Below, one piece after another: positions 53,201-64,000 of a DNA stretch of 64,000 nucleotides; the first letter of the stretch is position 1, and each line of letters opens with the position of its first letter. The position numbers and the translations under genes are program-made. The notes beneath the pieces were generated by a model. It ran no database searches. It saw only the letters and a program-made list of their open reading frames with translations, and had not been told where the DNA came from. The DNA comes from Rhina ancylostomus (taxonomy: Eukaryota), in contig JARFYF010000052.1 in assembly GCA_030265395.1 (NCBI GenBank), forward strand, positions 125,120,471-125,184,470, in the 5' to 3' direction.

Positions 53201-56200
53201 TATACGGCTTCAATTAGCTATATAAGATTGTCCAGAACATGCATCTGCCATGGACATCCTGCTGTATTTGACATGTATTAGTGTACAGGACTCATAATTC
53301 ATTAATTTTTTGTATGGGGCTTGGAGGATCTGGATTGAAGGTTTGGCCACAGGATGCCCAATATCTTGGGAACCATGTTGTCAGCATTCCCGCGGTAAGT
53401 GTACCATAAACAGTGTGCAGAGAAAATCCTCTTTTCCTCCCTGACATAAAACTGAAGTGCACCATGCCTTTTTGAAGCATGACCTGAAGAAAGAGATCAA
53501 AAGGTGTTAAAATGAATGGAGAGAGGTAGGCGTGTGTGGCTGTGAAATGAGGGAAGACAGCCAGCTGAGAGCCAAAATTAATTGGGAACAGGAGTTGTGA
53601 GAGTGTGAAGTTTAAATGTGGCGAGAAGTAAAATGTCTCCCCATTAGGGACAAGGACCAGTCTGTTTGGGGAATGCCTGTTGAAGGGAATGATGCAAACT
53701 GGAAAAAATTATTACCCCAAAACAGAAGGAAAAGCTTTTCTATATGTAGATATCTTTTGTCACAGCCAGGGCATTACCTGTGATCTATTGTTATAAAGTC
53801 ATATCCATCAACTAACTAGTTTATAGCAAGCTCTCCAATAACAAATTACAAAGGATTATTGAGGACAAAAAATGCAGTAACAGGCCATATGGACCACTGA
53901 ATCCATGCTAGTTAGAACAAAGAACAGTACACCACAGGAACAGGCCCTTCAGCCCATGATGTTGTGCTGAACTAATTAAATAAATAATCAAATACCCAAC
54001 TTATCCCTTCCGCCTACACTATGTCCATATCCCTCCATTCTCTGCACATTCATGTGCTTACCTAAGAGCCTCTTGAACACCTCTATCATATTTGCTTCTT
54101 CCACCACCACGCCTGGCAGTGCATTCCAGGCACCCACCACTCTCTGTGTAAACAAAAATCTCCTTTGAATTTACTCCCTCTCACCTTAAATGCATCCCCT
54201 CTCGTATTAGACATTTAAACCCTGGGGACAAGATACTCTATGCCTCTCTTATAACCTTAATCTTATAAACCTCTATCAGATCTCTACTCAGCTTCTGTTT
54301 CTCCAGAGAAAACAACCCAAGATTGTCCAACCTGTCCTTATAGCACATGCCCTCTAATCCAGGCAGCATCCTGGTAAACCTCTTCTGCACCCTCTCCAAA
54401 GCCTCCACATCATTCTTGTAATAGGGCGACCAGTTCCTGTAGCTCTGGTGCTCTCACTGTAGTTCCTGTGCTCCGTTCGAGCATCCGCATCTCTTTCCTC
54501 ATCCAAATGTTACAGATTGCCAATTCATCTATGTTCAGTGGTTTTGATAGAGGAATAAATTTGATAGAACAATATTATTGGTTTCCTTTAACTGATGTCA
54601 AGACAACAATTTTACTTTAAAATCGTCTGTCACTTCTGGTTTATTTAAGAAATAGAAAATTGCATCACAATTGATTGAGGTTATTTATATTTTTTTAAAA
54701 AATCACTGGTCAATAACCACCTGAAGAAGGTGGAGGAAACAGACACTCTCACAATGTTTAAGTAGTATCCAGATTAGTACTTGAATCACCTAGGCATAGA
54801 AGGTGTTGGAAGTCTTGGAAAATGGGATTGGTATTGATAGCTACATGACAGTTGATGAGAACACAGTGGAGCGAAAGGCCTGTTTCTGTGCTGTTTCACT
54901 CTACCATTCTTACTGACAGCTGTGTTTATTTAAAAGATCAATCATATCATCACTCCTTTCAATTGTTGCTGTCTCTTCCCTTAACTGACTGGTTCTTCAC
55001 CTCGACAGAGAGATACTCTCTACCTTTTGCAACTCCACATATTTAAACTTTGTCCTGTCACAACCCCTGTTCCCAATTAATTTTGGCTCTCAGCTGGTTG
55101 TCTTCCCTGGGTTCACAGCCACACACGTTTGCCCCCTCCATGTTCATTTCAGCACCTTTTGATCTCTTTCCGCAGATCATGCTGGCAGTTTTAACGTCCT
55201 GCAGTTCTTCAGTTCCTGCAGGAACCTTTCATCCTTCACCACCAGCAGTACCCCCCTCCCCCTTCCCCCACCTCTTCACTCTGGGATTATGAGAAGTCCT
55301 GTTAAAAATAACATCATGCCTGGTTTGCATTAATGACCCTTAACTATAGATGGTGTGAAATGAATGTTTGAAATCTGGTAATTCTTTTATCTTCTGATGC
55401 CTAGCATTCCTAAAGGCAAGAACTTTGAACAGAAATTACAGCACCGACTCCAATGGCAAAAGGAGCAAAGAAGAAAGAAGTATGCAAACACAGCAGTCTC
55501 ACGTGAGGATGAGAATACTGAAGTAAAGGAAATTAATTTATTTAGAATAGAAGGGATATTGGCCTTTAAATTCACAAAGGCTTTCTGGCCAATTAAGCTC
55601 TTGGAATGTTTTTTTAGGAAGTGCACACATATGAAAAACAAAAGAAAAACTGTGGACTCTGGAAATGTGAAATAAAAACTGAAAGTCCTGGAAAAGCTCA
55701 GCAAGTCAGGCAGCACCTGTGGGAAAACAAACTGTTAATGTTTCAGCTCTGAGACCCTTCATCAGAACTGAGGACAGTGGTTGATGGCCTGCTGCCTGCC
55801 ACATTGACAAAAGAAACAAAATAAATATCCATGGACAAATCTGAACGAGCATTGGACCCTCTGTGTACACGAATAATGGACATGTTTAAAGCCGTGACAA
55901 GTTTTGTCAGGCTTGAAGCTCCACTCTGTAAAACCTTCCCAAGTGATCTACACGATAGGTATCTTATTCATTTACCTGAATCTGGAGCAGAGAGGAAGAG
56001 GAGTATAGCTCCTGATAGTAACCTTAACTCTCTACTATCTCTGAGCCCTGATTCTCTATTAATCCCTGTTTCCAGTCTCCCACCAATATTCAGTCTACTC
56101 ACAGCCCTCATAATTCACCAAGCAGATGTTCTGGCATATACTCTGCTACGCACAGCTTATCCAACATCTCTGGCCCACAGGATATAGGATATTTAGAAGA

Positions 56201-57365
56201 GAGAAGTAAATACTTTAAGATTCCTGATGGATTCATAGATATCAGTCAGCAGATTCAAGACATGCACCAGTTAATATTCTCTGCTGAAATACCTGGTCTG
56301 AACAGCGATGGCTGTAAAGAAGCAAAATATTGATCAGGTTTAGGAAAACTGTGCTGTCTGATGGCTCCTTCAATCCGAGCAGCATTTGTACAGCTGTTGT
56401 AGAAAACCGTACTTGAATAATAGGGGATGAGTAGGCATGGCCGCTATATTGACCATATCGTCCAGAGAGAAAGGGAGAGAAAATATTGATTAGAAAATAA
56501 AAATAAAGCAATTTTTTAAAAATTCTGAGTGATTTAGGTGTAACAAAATACATATAATTTTGGCAGGAAGTATTTTTGGATAGAGTACAGTTGACATTGG
56601 ACTACAATAGCACATGGGACAGTATATATAACAAATGAATATTTCTTGACTCTGCAAAACCTTAGCTGCTGAAATAAATCTATCTACGTGGAGTGCAAAT
56701 AGGAACTATCATTTTAGGGAGCTTTCAGAATGTGATATAAGATGTATGTTTTGCTTGGACTGAAATCACAGTAACCAACAAACTTGCATAGTTTTACAGT
56801 GAATGGCAGTGCTTAATTATTGCCTGTCGGAAGAGTGAAGATTCAATTAAATGTTATTNNNNNNNNNNNNNNNNNNNNNNNNNNNNNNNNNNNNNNNNNN
56901 NNNNNNNNNNNNNNNNNNNNNNNNNNNNNNNNNNNNNNNNNNNNNNNNNNNNNNNNNNAATTAAATGTTATTGAGCAACTTCTAAAACTTTATTCAGTTG
57001 ATGCATCAGTGTCTGTGCCCAAATTTGCTAATGTGGGGAAATTATCAAAATTAATGATGTTTGGGGAGCACCCACTCAAAAGATTTTTGTAACTCACAGT
57101 TTATGACACTTATGCCACATTTAGTGCAAAGCAAGTATCCAACAAAATTGTTTGCTTTTGAGAATAAGGTTTCAAATCTTACAGAAGTTTAGTGTTTGCA
57201 TATTAATTTTTGCTTTATTAATTTTAGGATCAGAATACGAAGAAATCATTGATTGAGTTGAAACTGGAACGTGTAAATCCTGTGGAGTATCGATTCTGTG
57301 CTTTCATTGGCGACTATTCCCCCACATTATCTCAGCATGTTACTTCCTCACAGAGCAACTCATAG
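26101..57365 (+). CDS. LRRC27: Leucine-rich repeat-containing protein 27, join(26101..26280,31681..31811,33749..33807,34022..34174,35675..35888,38970..39116,47293..47374?,50537..50616?,55405..55522,57228..57365), about 433 aa
   Basis: LRR exons read [83 protein letters not shown], matching recalled LRRC27 ([61 protein letters not shown]). Exon phases are all compatible; two middle exons are tentative. Confidence 0.88.
26497..27030. mobile_element. Rex1-type tail (minus, about 26497-26737) abutting a CR1 3' fragment (plus)
   Basis: Matches 14097-14483, then cagagtggtaggtgtctggaatgggctgcc...tttaaaaggctgttagac. Confidence 0.7.
30490..30962 (+). mobile_element. Rex1/Babar LINE 3' fragment (gapped)
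   Basis: GRRYKSLKAKTTRL; homologous to 111-602. Confidence 0.8.
31160..31632 (-). mobile_element. CR1-clade LINE 3' fragment
   Basis: RFMRMLPGLEGLSYGERLGRLGLYSLE...TRGHRCKMRGEKFKRDLRGNFF. Confidence 0.9.
31681..31811 (+). CDS. LRRC27: LRRC27 coding exon 2
   Basis: ttcttctcttctgcag| acceptor, 131 nt of LRR sequence, |gtatgg donor; phase 0 to 2. Confidence 0.92.
32362..32580 (-). mobile_element. tRNA-derived V-SINE, relatively young
   Basis: Reverse complement gtggcacggtagcgtagc...gggttcgaatccc has intact A/B boxes and retains CpGs. Confidence 0.85.
33749..33807 (+). CDS. LRRC27: LRRC27 coding exon 3
   Basis: tttttcag| acceptor, 59 nt encoding [19 protein letters not shown], |gtaggt donor; phase 2 to 1. 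Confidence 0.92.
34022..34174 (+). CDS. LRRC27: LRRC27 coding exon 4
   Basis: tgtttttag| acceptor, 153 nt encoding [38 protein letters not shown]...QEA, |gtagga donor. Confidence 0.92.
35675..35888 (+). CDS. LRRC27: LRRC27 coding exon 5 (divergent)
   Basis: tattctccag| acceptor, 214 nt open in the required frame, |gtatgc donor; phase 1 to 2. Confidence 0.7.
37945..38730 (+). mobile_element. CR1 LINE fragment with a nested minus-strand V-SINE (about 38105-38352)
   Basis: aatgtggataaaaatgaggctatccactttgg...aaccagagttcacacc...gagaaatttcttaaaccagtgagtgttgaacctgtggaat. Confidence 0.7.
38970..39116 (+). CDS. LRRC27: LRRC27 coding exon 6
   Basis: cccacag| acceptor, 147 nt open, ending LKGLLDKQDYTEQTQR (compare recalled LRELQEKQALMEQQRR), |gtaagc donor; phase 2 to 2. 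Confidence 0.75.
39903..40222 (-). mobile_element. V-SINE-like element
   Basis: gcacccagaggaaaccc...cacagggagaatgtgcaaa...gtcaggattgaacctg...gtgccactatgctgccc. Confidence 0.75.
40660..41190 (+). mobile_element. Degenerate CR1 LINE 3' portion
   Basis: EERLDKLGLYPL and atctaggggtcactgtttaaa. Confidence 0.75.
41500..41900 (-). mobile_element. Ancient Deu-domain SINE-like remnant
   Basis: cagctaccaattagcacacaacaacttccac...ctggagtgggccttg...ttctgacttagaggcagaagtg resembles the reverse of 7745-8400. Confidence 0.5.
45870..46592 (-). mobile_element. Two adjacent V-SINE-like copies (about 45870-46170 and 46283-46592)
   Basis: Both carry ccacc..gtc.at.ccagctctcagag and reversed SINE heads. Confidence 0.65.
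47293..47374 (+). CDS. LRRC27: Tentative LRRC27 exon (KKKQLTKQDIQHEKKNGFKPVPLDTGQ)
   Basis: Open frame, CpG retention and donor CAG|gtaaac; phase 2 to 0. The acceptor lacks a pyrimidine tract. Confidence 0.4.
49478..49960 (+). mobile_element. Degenerate CR1 3' fragment (gapped)
   Basis: ggtgatcttattgaa...tagaactagggatcagaatctcagg...tttaagacaaagatgaggaagaagttcttctctcag. Confidence 0.7.
50537..50616 (+). CDS. LRRC27: Tentative LRRC27 exon (KTEDDINTIMEENTQAKAEEGKAKEP)
   Basis: Purine-rich open frame with donor AT|gtaagg; phase 0 to 2 completes the frame with the 47293 candidate. The acceptor is weak. Confidence 0.4.
51400..51988 (+). mobile_element. Penelope-like retroelement GIY-YIG endonuclease remnant
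   Basis: Frame-shifted IQEPKQFLQAKQQFMCSSSRMYCIQC and TKCRLGDCFAEHL...HPVASHFNSPPHSHPDLSICGFLH. Confidence 0.85.
51989..52261 (+). mobile_element. V-SINE inserted in the Penelope remnant
   Basis: Close match to 7950-8253 in the opposite orientation; B box gggttcaattccc. Confidence 0.85.
53477..55184. repeat. Imperfect inverted repeat pair of about 150 bp (about 53477-53632 and 55025-55184)
   Basis: cagctgagagccaaaattaattgggaacagg versus cctgttcccaattaattttggctctcagctg; aaagagatcaaaaggtg versus caccttttgatctcttt. Confidence 0.85.
53913..54433 (-). mobile_element. CR1-clade LINE 3' fragment
   Basis: ctctaatccaggcagcatcctggtaaacctcttctgcaccctctccaaagc reads ALERVQKRFTRMLPGLE on the minus strand. 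Confidence 0.9.
55405..55522 (+). CDS. LRRC27: LRRC27 penultimate coding exon
   Basis: cctag| acceptor, IPKGKNFEQKLQHRLQWQKEQRRKK...EDENTE, |gtaaag donor; resembles recalled [20 protein letters not shown]. Confidence 0.75.
55645..55770. mobile_element. Penelope terminal-repeat fragment with a hammerhead-like core on the minus strand
   Basis: ctcagcaagtcaggcagcacctgtgg...tttcagctctgagacccttcatcag, whose reverse complement is CTGATGAAGGGTCTCAGAGCTGAAA. Confidence 0.65.
57228..57365 (+). CDS. LRRC27: LRRC27 last coding exon
   Basis: ttattaattttag| acceptor, DQNTKKSLIELKLERVNPVEYRFCAFIGDYSPTLSQHVTSSQSNS*; phase 0. Confidence 0.75.
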   Translation, partial: DQNTKKSLIELKLERVNPVEYRFCAFIGDYSPTLSQHVTSSQSNS

Positions 57366-58984
57366 TTCTGAAAATCAAAAGTCTTGATGCAGAACCAGTT
57401 ACCGGAGATAAATGTTAACTATTTAATGCTTTACTTGTTATTAATTTTTATAATTATACATAGATTGGGTCAGAAACGTATGAAGAAAGTTGAATGTTGA
57501 TTTGCTCTGCAACTTGGAATTCTCTCAAAAATGTTGCTTATAAAGATCTACATGGGGAGCTAAACTATATTTTGTCAAAATAGTGCTTAGAATAATCTAT
57601 GACAGAGCAGTGTTACCTGTCCTGGCCCTGGGTTGCACATTTGGCAATAATGGAGCCAATTGATTTAACTTATTCATTTCTGCTGCCTTGTGACTGTTTT
57701 AAATAAGTACCATAAATAGTTTGGCAGAAATCTATTCTTTTGTTTTATTATCTTTTTATTGGTCAAGTCTTTGTCTATAGATGATAATGTCATTGAACTC
57801 ACTATTGGGGGAAGGGGTTCATTTACACAACTTCAGCATCAGAGCAGTATGATTGTATTACAAACCAAGACATTGGGCCATCCCCACCCACAGAGGGGAT
57901 AATGAAGTATATGTCAATGAGCATTCAGAAGAAGCAGACAACAACAAAAAGTGCACTGGTGGTGCAAACAGCATAAATAATAGAACATATGAGCGAACCT
58001 GAAACCACTGACTTATTTTGAACCTTGGGCTGTATTTAATGCACCAAGTCCTTTATAACTGACCTAGTGCAGTTGTTTTATTTGGAACTTCCATTGAATC
58101 AGCTCACCAGCATTTAATTCTGCTTCATGTCTGCTCCCAAATCCTCTTGGTCCAGTTGCTGTAGCATCAGGATACAGTGGTGTAGAGTGTTGTGAAAGAA
58201 ATTACTTTTTAGAATAGGCAGCCATTTATTCAGCATCTCTTGGACAGTGATTTTCAGCTCTGTCTCTGGGATAGTGTCTTTCAGCTACTATGGATACTGG
58301 TTCCCCATTCGCTTGAACACTTCTCATTCATAAGCTCACTTGACCTTGTGCTGACCCAGATTCACAATCCTACATAGTTTTCCAAATGAAAGAATACAGA
58401 TATAAAGGACAAAACAGACTATCATTCCCTACCTCTGTAACACTTCTGTATCACATTTCAGTGGCTATTTGATGACTCCTTTCCCTTTAACTTTGGCACC
58501 ATCTATTCAGGTTTGCAATGGTGAACCTGCTTTTAAGGAGTTTTGAATTAGGAAGTGAAGGTGGATGCCTGTTCCTGGCTCCTTCTCCACTTCTGTAGAG
58601 AACGATGGCCAGGCTTGTGAATCTTGGCTATCAGTCAACTTTCCTGCACTTTCACTCTCACATNNNNNNNNNNNNNNNNNNNNCAGTAAATTATCATTTC
58701 ACAGCTTTCAATAATTAGTATTTTTAAAATATCTTTGAATTTCAAGCAGTATAACTGCAGCTCATTCCTGTTTCTTTAGAAACTGTTTGCCAAATTAATC
58801 AAGTACGATTGTTGCAAATTGCATGTAGAGGTTCTTCAGATAGTGTGACATACATTCTGAGCTTTTATACAGAAATGTGAATGTGAATAGATGGTATTTG
58901 CTTGAAATGATAAGATTATACTGATTATTTAAAATATAAATTACAGAATGATTGTACAGAAATGGATTTGAACAGACTAGTAGA

Positions 58985-59265
58985 GCTAGTAAAATTCCTG
59001 CCTCACAACGCCAGTGACCTAGATTCAATCCTGACCTCTGACGCTGCCTGTGTGGAGTTTGCATGTTCTCCCAGTGACTGGGTGGGCTCCCTCTGGTCCA
59101 GTTTCCTTCCACATTCCAACAATGCATGGTTTAGTAGATTAATTAACCAGTGTAAATTGCCCATAGTGTGTAGGTGAATGGCAAGATTTGGGGGGAATTG
59201 ATGCAAAAGTAGAGAGAATATATGCAGGGAAAATTAGTGGGGAATGGAATTGGTCTGTCAGCCTA
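58985..59265 (+). mobile_element. V-SINE-like element
   Basis: ctgcctcacaacgccagtgacctagattcaatcctgacc...gtggagtttgcatgttctccc...tttccttccacattccaa. Confidence 0.8.
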
Positions 59266-62200
59266 CTTTTACTTAATGGGCTCAATGTTGCAAAGAAATA
59301 TGGAAAGGTTTCATATTATGGGAAAAACAAGATCCGCAGATGCTGTTGAACTGAAATAAAAATAGAATGCTGTAAGTATTGAGAAGGCCAAGAAGCATTT
59401 GTGGAGAGAGAAACAAAGTTAACTGGATCGATGCCCTGCCCTGCCCTCCCCATTGCTGCATGCTGCCGTGCCAAGAATCCAGCCGTGAATCACCCTGGAA
59501 CTCAGCATGGAGAAGTTGCCCGTGAAGGCTGGCACCGGGCAGGTTGGGGTAAGTGACTTGGTCATTAAGGGCTGTGAATTGGGCGAGAGAGATGCAGCCT
59601 GGCAGGCACAATGAGTCTTTGCTTGGCTGTACATCCCTCCCCAGCCCAGGCTTTCCCTATAGTTGAGTTAAGATGGGGAGATAGCAGCTGCCATCACATC
59701 CAGGAGGTGGAGAGAGGTCGTAGGATCTGTGCAGTCTGACGACACATGGAGCAGCCACTGCCATTGCCCCACATCTCACTGCTTGCCCCAGTCCAACACA
59801 CAGTGTGGAGAAGCTGCCTGTGAGATTCAAAAACACAAGAAAAATAGGAGCAGGGTCAGGACACCCAGCCCCTAAAACTTGTCACACCATTCAATATGAT
59901 CACGGNNNNNNNNNNNNNNNNNNNNNNNNNNNNNNNNNNNNNNNNNNNNNAACTCTCAATTCCTTGATCTTTCTGATATTTATCTATGTCCCACCTTAAA
60001 TACAAAATGCCTCTGCATTGTGGCAGTTCAAATATCAGAAATTTGCTCTTACAGAATTTATAAATCACTATCAATAAAATGTGAGATATGGAACAAAGAT
60101 TCACTCTTATGGAATTAATGTGGCAAACAAATAACTAAATACAAAATGTATACAGGGAACTATACTAGTTTACCAAGGACAATGATTGTAGGCTGCCTGT
60201 TCACAGTGCAAGACCACTTAAGGAATTTGCTTTGGAAACTGACAAGGCAATCTCTTCTATTAATATTTTTGTACAATGTTATTTTAGTAAACAATATACC
60301 ATCCATTTCTAGTTAATTAAAACAACTCTTTCTCTTCTGCTACACACAGTGGTATTACCATTGAGAGAAAAACTTCCCGTAGGAATGTATCTCCATTTGT
60401 AACACAGGATTTAATGTGGAAAAAGGGCTCACATTATGGAAAATCACAATATGGATAGTTTGCCAGGAATGCACCCTCTGAGTAACACAGGCGTCCACTG
60501 TATATCTTATGAACTGATCGCCACCACTTTCAGGGGCAGAGTATTCCAGAGGCTTTCAACCCTTTGAGAGAAGAAATTGCTATGTGCCTTAGTGTTAAAT
60601 GACTGGCCTCTTATTCCCCTTGGTGAGTCATTACTGGATTTATGCCAAGTTCCCAGCACAACAGCGCTAAGACCAAGCAAATGGCATTTTTTAATTACAT
60701 GCAGCAAGTACCTGTGAGTGTTCATATTGGAGAAACAAGACAGCTAAAACAAATCAGTGACCTGCGGAGTAGCACAAAGCAGTCTTCCAGTGCAATATGA
60801 ATCTTGCATGTAAACTAATATAAGCAGTACAATTTGAGTCATGGCTTTATTGTTTTTCTTTTACTTCAGAATAGCTTATTATTTGCATTTGGCGTCTAAA
60901 TGAAACTACCAAATTCATGCAACAGGATTCAAGAAGACCATTATTGTGCAATTATGTGCCCTGAGATGATTATTGCAACTGAATTCTGCTGCATATTGTA
61001 ACCTCCATGTAACTTGTTTTGAAAGCACTGAGATTCAACCTTGAAATGTGTCCAGGGGATCATTTATCCCAGAAAGATATAAAGTATATTTGCTGTATGA
61101 TTTTATGGACTTTGTAAGATTAAGAACAACATTAAATTCAAATATCATATCTTTATCTTAGTGTTCCTTCAGTTATAGATGCTTGCCACAAGTTTCGAAA
61201 CTGTCAATTTAAAAAAAAGCCCCCAACCACACACCCACCTAACCCAAGATCACTTGCCTGGTGAGTACTGCAGTTAAAATTGAGCCAATTTGGTCAATAT
61301 CCACTTCAGTATCACACTGTAGCAATTTCATGACAGCTGCATATTTAAGGTAGTAGAAGTGGCTACTTGAATCAAGGAAAAGCCTCATACAGTTCTACAA
61401 AATTGTATTAACGACTTTTTGGAGGTGGTTAAACAGCTCACCAGTAAGATGCTAAAATCTTACCCACTCACTCAGCCAGCTCCCTGCCCAAGACCAACAA
61501 TACTCCCTGAAGTGTTTCCTCAAGGCGATAATACCAACATCACAGTTAACTCTCTCATGCCTTGTTTCTCCAACATCATTTGAAGAAATTTCTTTATAGG
61601 TCAAAATAGTTACATATTAAAATATTTTTAATTCTGCAATTCCCTCTTTTAATTTTACTAGTAAATATAAAATACAATTCCAGTTGGTTCAAGTATTATT
61701 CAACAGTTATTGTAGTTTGCAGCAAAGGTTGGACATTGTACTCCAGTTTTAAAATTTGGTTTCATAATTTCAGCAGAATTGAAATTTGGAATGAAAGTAA
61801 GACATGTGACTATGTATGTGTTTAACAGAGTCAATTTGGACTCATTTCTTGTGGTAAAATAACAATACTTATTTTAGTTTAGTGCTGTACTGTAACTGGT
61901 TTCCAGTCTCAGATCTGCAGCTACTGGTCAAATCCTAATCTTTGGTGTAATGATGTAAAAATTCAACAAGGCCCATTTAAGGTGCAGAACTGATACTGCA
62001 ATTCCAGCTAAGCAAAGGTCCCAAAACAGAATGATAATTGCCCCAGAAATTGGACCCACTTACACCTGTTTCCTTTTTCCCCTGTTTTGAAGTAACAATT
62101 TTCTATTGAAGCCCTGCCCATCAGGAAATTCAACCAGGCACTTCCTTTTCCTCTTCTGTCCATATAGCTATCATGAAATTGCTGCAGTGTGATGTTGAAG

Positions 62201-62819
62201 TGGATAGTTACCTTGCTGAATTTTAACTGTGGTGTTCTGTGGTCAACTTCCTCTTGTGATTCATTCAGTTCAGGTCCCTACTGTATTCTGCACATATGAT
62301 GACTTCAACAAATTGAACAGCTCATTTTAATTGCTTAGTGAAAAATATTAGATCAAAAAATTATGGCATATAACCTTTGGAAATAATTCACAATAAGAAA
62401 ATGGATGCATCACACTGAACTCTGCATGAATTAGTGACCCCTTACCTCCAGACTGTTACTATGTGTTTAAAATAAAATCTGCTGTAATATTTATTGGAAA
62501 GGAATCAGTGAAGGCAGCTGTCTATTAGATTGATGAGTCCGTGAAATGGTCACAGTAGCTTACAGACTCTTAATCTAAGGGTGTGAAACTACAGTTAATA
62601 ATAGGGATTCAGGCCACCCACTGTTGTTGGGTGCTATGACTGGCAGAGTTTCCCTCAGGAGACCCATGTTCCAAGAACCCTCATCTCACCCCATTAGTTG
62701 CTACCATCCCTGTTTTCCACTTCCCCCAGGTCAGCATAACATGATTTGAAAATGCCTTGAAAGCCGCTGCCCTCTGAAATGCATGCATTGACTTTCATTT
62801 TTCTTAAAAGGAAGCAAAC

Positions 62820-63712
62820 CATGAGTCAGCATGTAGGAGTGAGATAGAACACCTGGTTGAGTGGTGCCACAATAACAGCCTCACACTCAGCATCAACTAA
62901 ACCAGAGAACTAATCACTGACTTCAGTAAGGGGAAGTTGGGAGACCACATGCCAGTTCTCACTGGTGGGTCAGAGATGGATAGAGCAAACAGCTTCAAAT
63001 TCCTGGGCATTAACATGTCGGATGACTTGTCCTGGGCCCAGCACATAGATGCAATCATGAAGAGAGCTCAGCAGTGCCTCTACTTTCTTAGAAGCTTGAA
63101 GACATTTGGCATGTCACCAAATAGTCTAACAAACTTCAACAGATGTACTGTTGAAAGTATCCTGACTGGTTACATCATGGTCTGACATGGCAATTCCAGT
63201 GCACAGGAATGCAAGAGGCTGCAGAGAGCAGTGGACACGGGCCGGTCCATCATGGGACATCTCTTCTCTCCAGTGATAGTATCTACATGAGGCACAGTCT
63301 CAAGAAGATCATCAAAGATCCCCACCATCTGAGTCATACTCTCTTCTTGCTGCTGCTGCTGCTGGGCAAGAGGTACAGAAGCCTGAAGTCCCACACCACC
63401 AGGTTCAGGAATAGCTACTTTCCTACAACTATCAGATTCTTGGACTGACCTGCAGAACCCTAACCCTACCTCAGCAATGAAAAAATACAGACCATCTTTT
63501 GTGCTACTATGGACTTGTCTCTGGTTGAGTTTTTTTTTGCACAAAATCTTGTTTTGCACTGTCTTTTTCTTTACTGTCTTATATGACTTATGTATAATTT
63601 TAACCTGTGTGTTGTCTCTACCTATGTGCCTGTGATGCTGCTGCAAGCAGTTTTTTTTATTGTACCTGTACCTCACAGTACTTGCGTATATGACACCAAA
63701 CTCAATGAGACT
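62820..63712 (+). mobile_element. Rex1/Babar LINE 3' portion (RT C-terminus and tail), decayed
   Basis: SFKFLGINMSDDLSWAQHIDAIMKRAQQCLYFLRSLKTFGMS...FNRCTVESILTGYI and KIIKDPHHLSHTLF...GKRYRSLKSHTTRFRNSYFPTTIRFL. Confidence 0.9.
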
Positions 63713-64000
63713 TAACAATTCTAAAGCAAGGATGTCCCCATTTTGCAATATTTTGTAAATGTAGATTTGGCATGAGTGCCATTCACACTGAAATCACATA
63801 ATCACAATGAAATGTTTTAACAATTCCAACAACAACTTTATCTCAGTAAAAACCAGAACACAACAGCAAAATTAATGTTTACACTGTAAAGTCAGATAAC
63901 CTGGGGATGCAAAAATGAACACAAAGGACAGGATATGCTCACCTGAGCATGTAATTATCAGAGGAAGCTCGCGATGCCAGAGGCAATTTGCAAGTGTATC

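Noticed and set aside
56845-56972. aattaaatgttatt repeated across an N gap
   Set aside because: Probably a contig overlap, or the duplication flanking an unassembled insertion; not interpretable.
63170-63748. 192-aa minus-strand ORF with poly-Q
   Set aside because: Antisense reading of a Rex1 element containing a short (CTG)n run.

Overview
Vertebrate nuclear DNA from a gapped scaffold. The repeat content (HE1/V-SINE-like and Deu-domain SINEs, CR1, Rex1/Babar, RTE, Penelope hairpins) points to a cartilaginous fish, which is an inference. Most ORFs in the supplied track are spurious or transposon debris, because the real genes are spliced. Two + strand genes can be built by hand. (1) A compact, intact 4-exon cytokine-like protein 1 (CYTL1/C17) family gene at 18089-19066, encoding 138 aa with a signal peptide and six conserved Cys. 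(2) LRRC27, with about 10 coding exons over 26101-57365 and a CpG-rich promoter carrying an RFX X-box-like motif. A possible minus-strand first exon at 1764-1821 may belong to STK32C, the usual neighbour of LRRC27. The main finding is positional: human CYTL1 lies beside STK32B (4p16), whereas this gene lies beside LRRC27 in the paralogous STK32C (10q26-type) block. It is therefore a candidate second CYTL1 ohnolog with a six-residue insertion. Repeat boundaries are approximate and family names come from recognition, not a database search.
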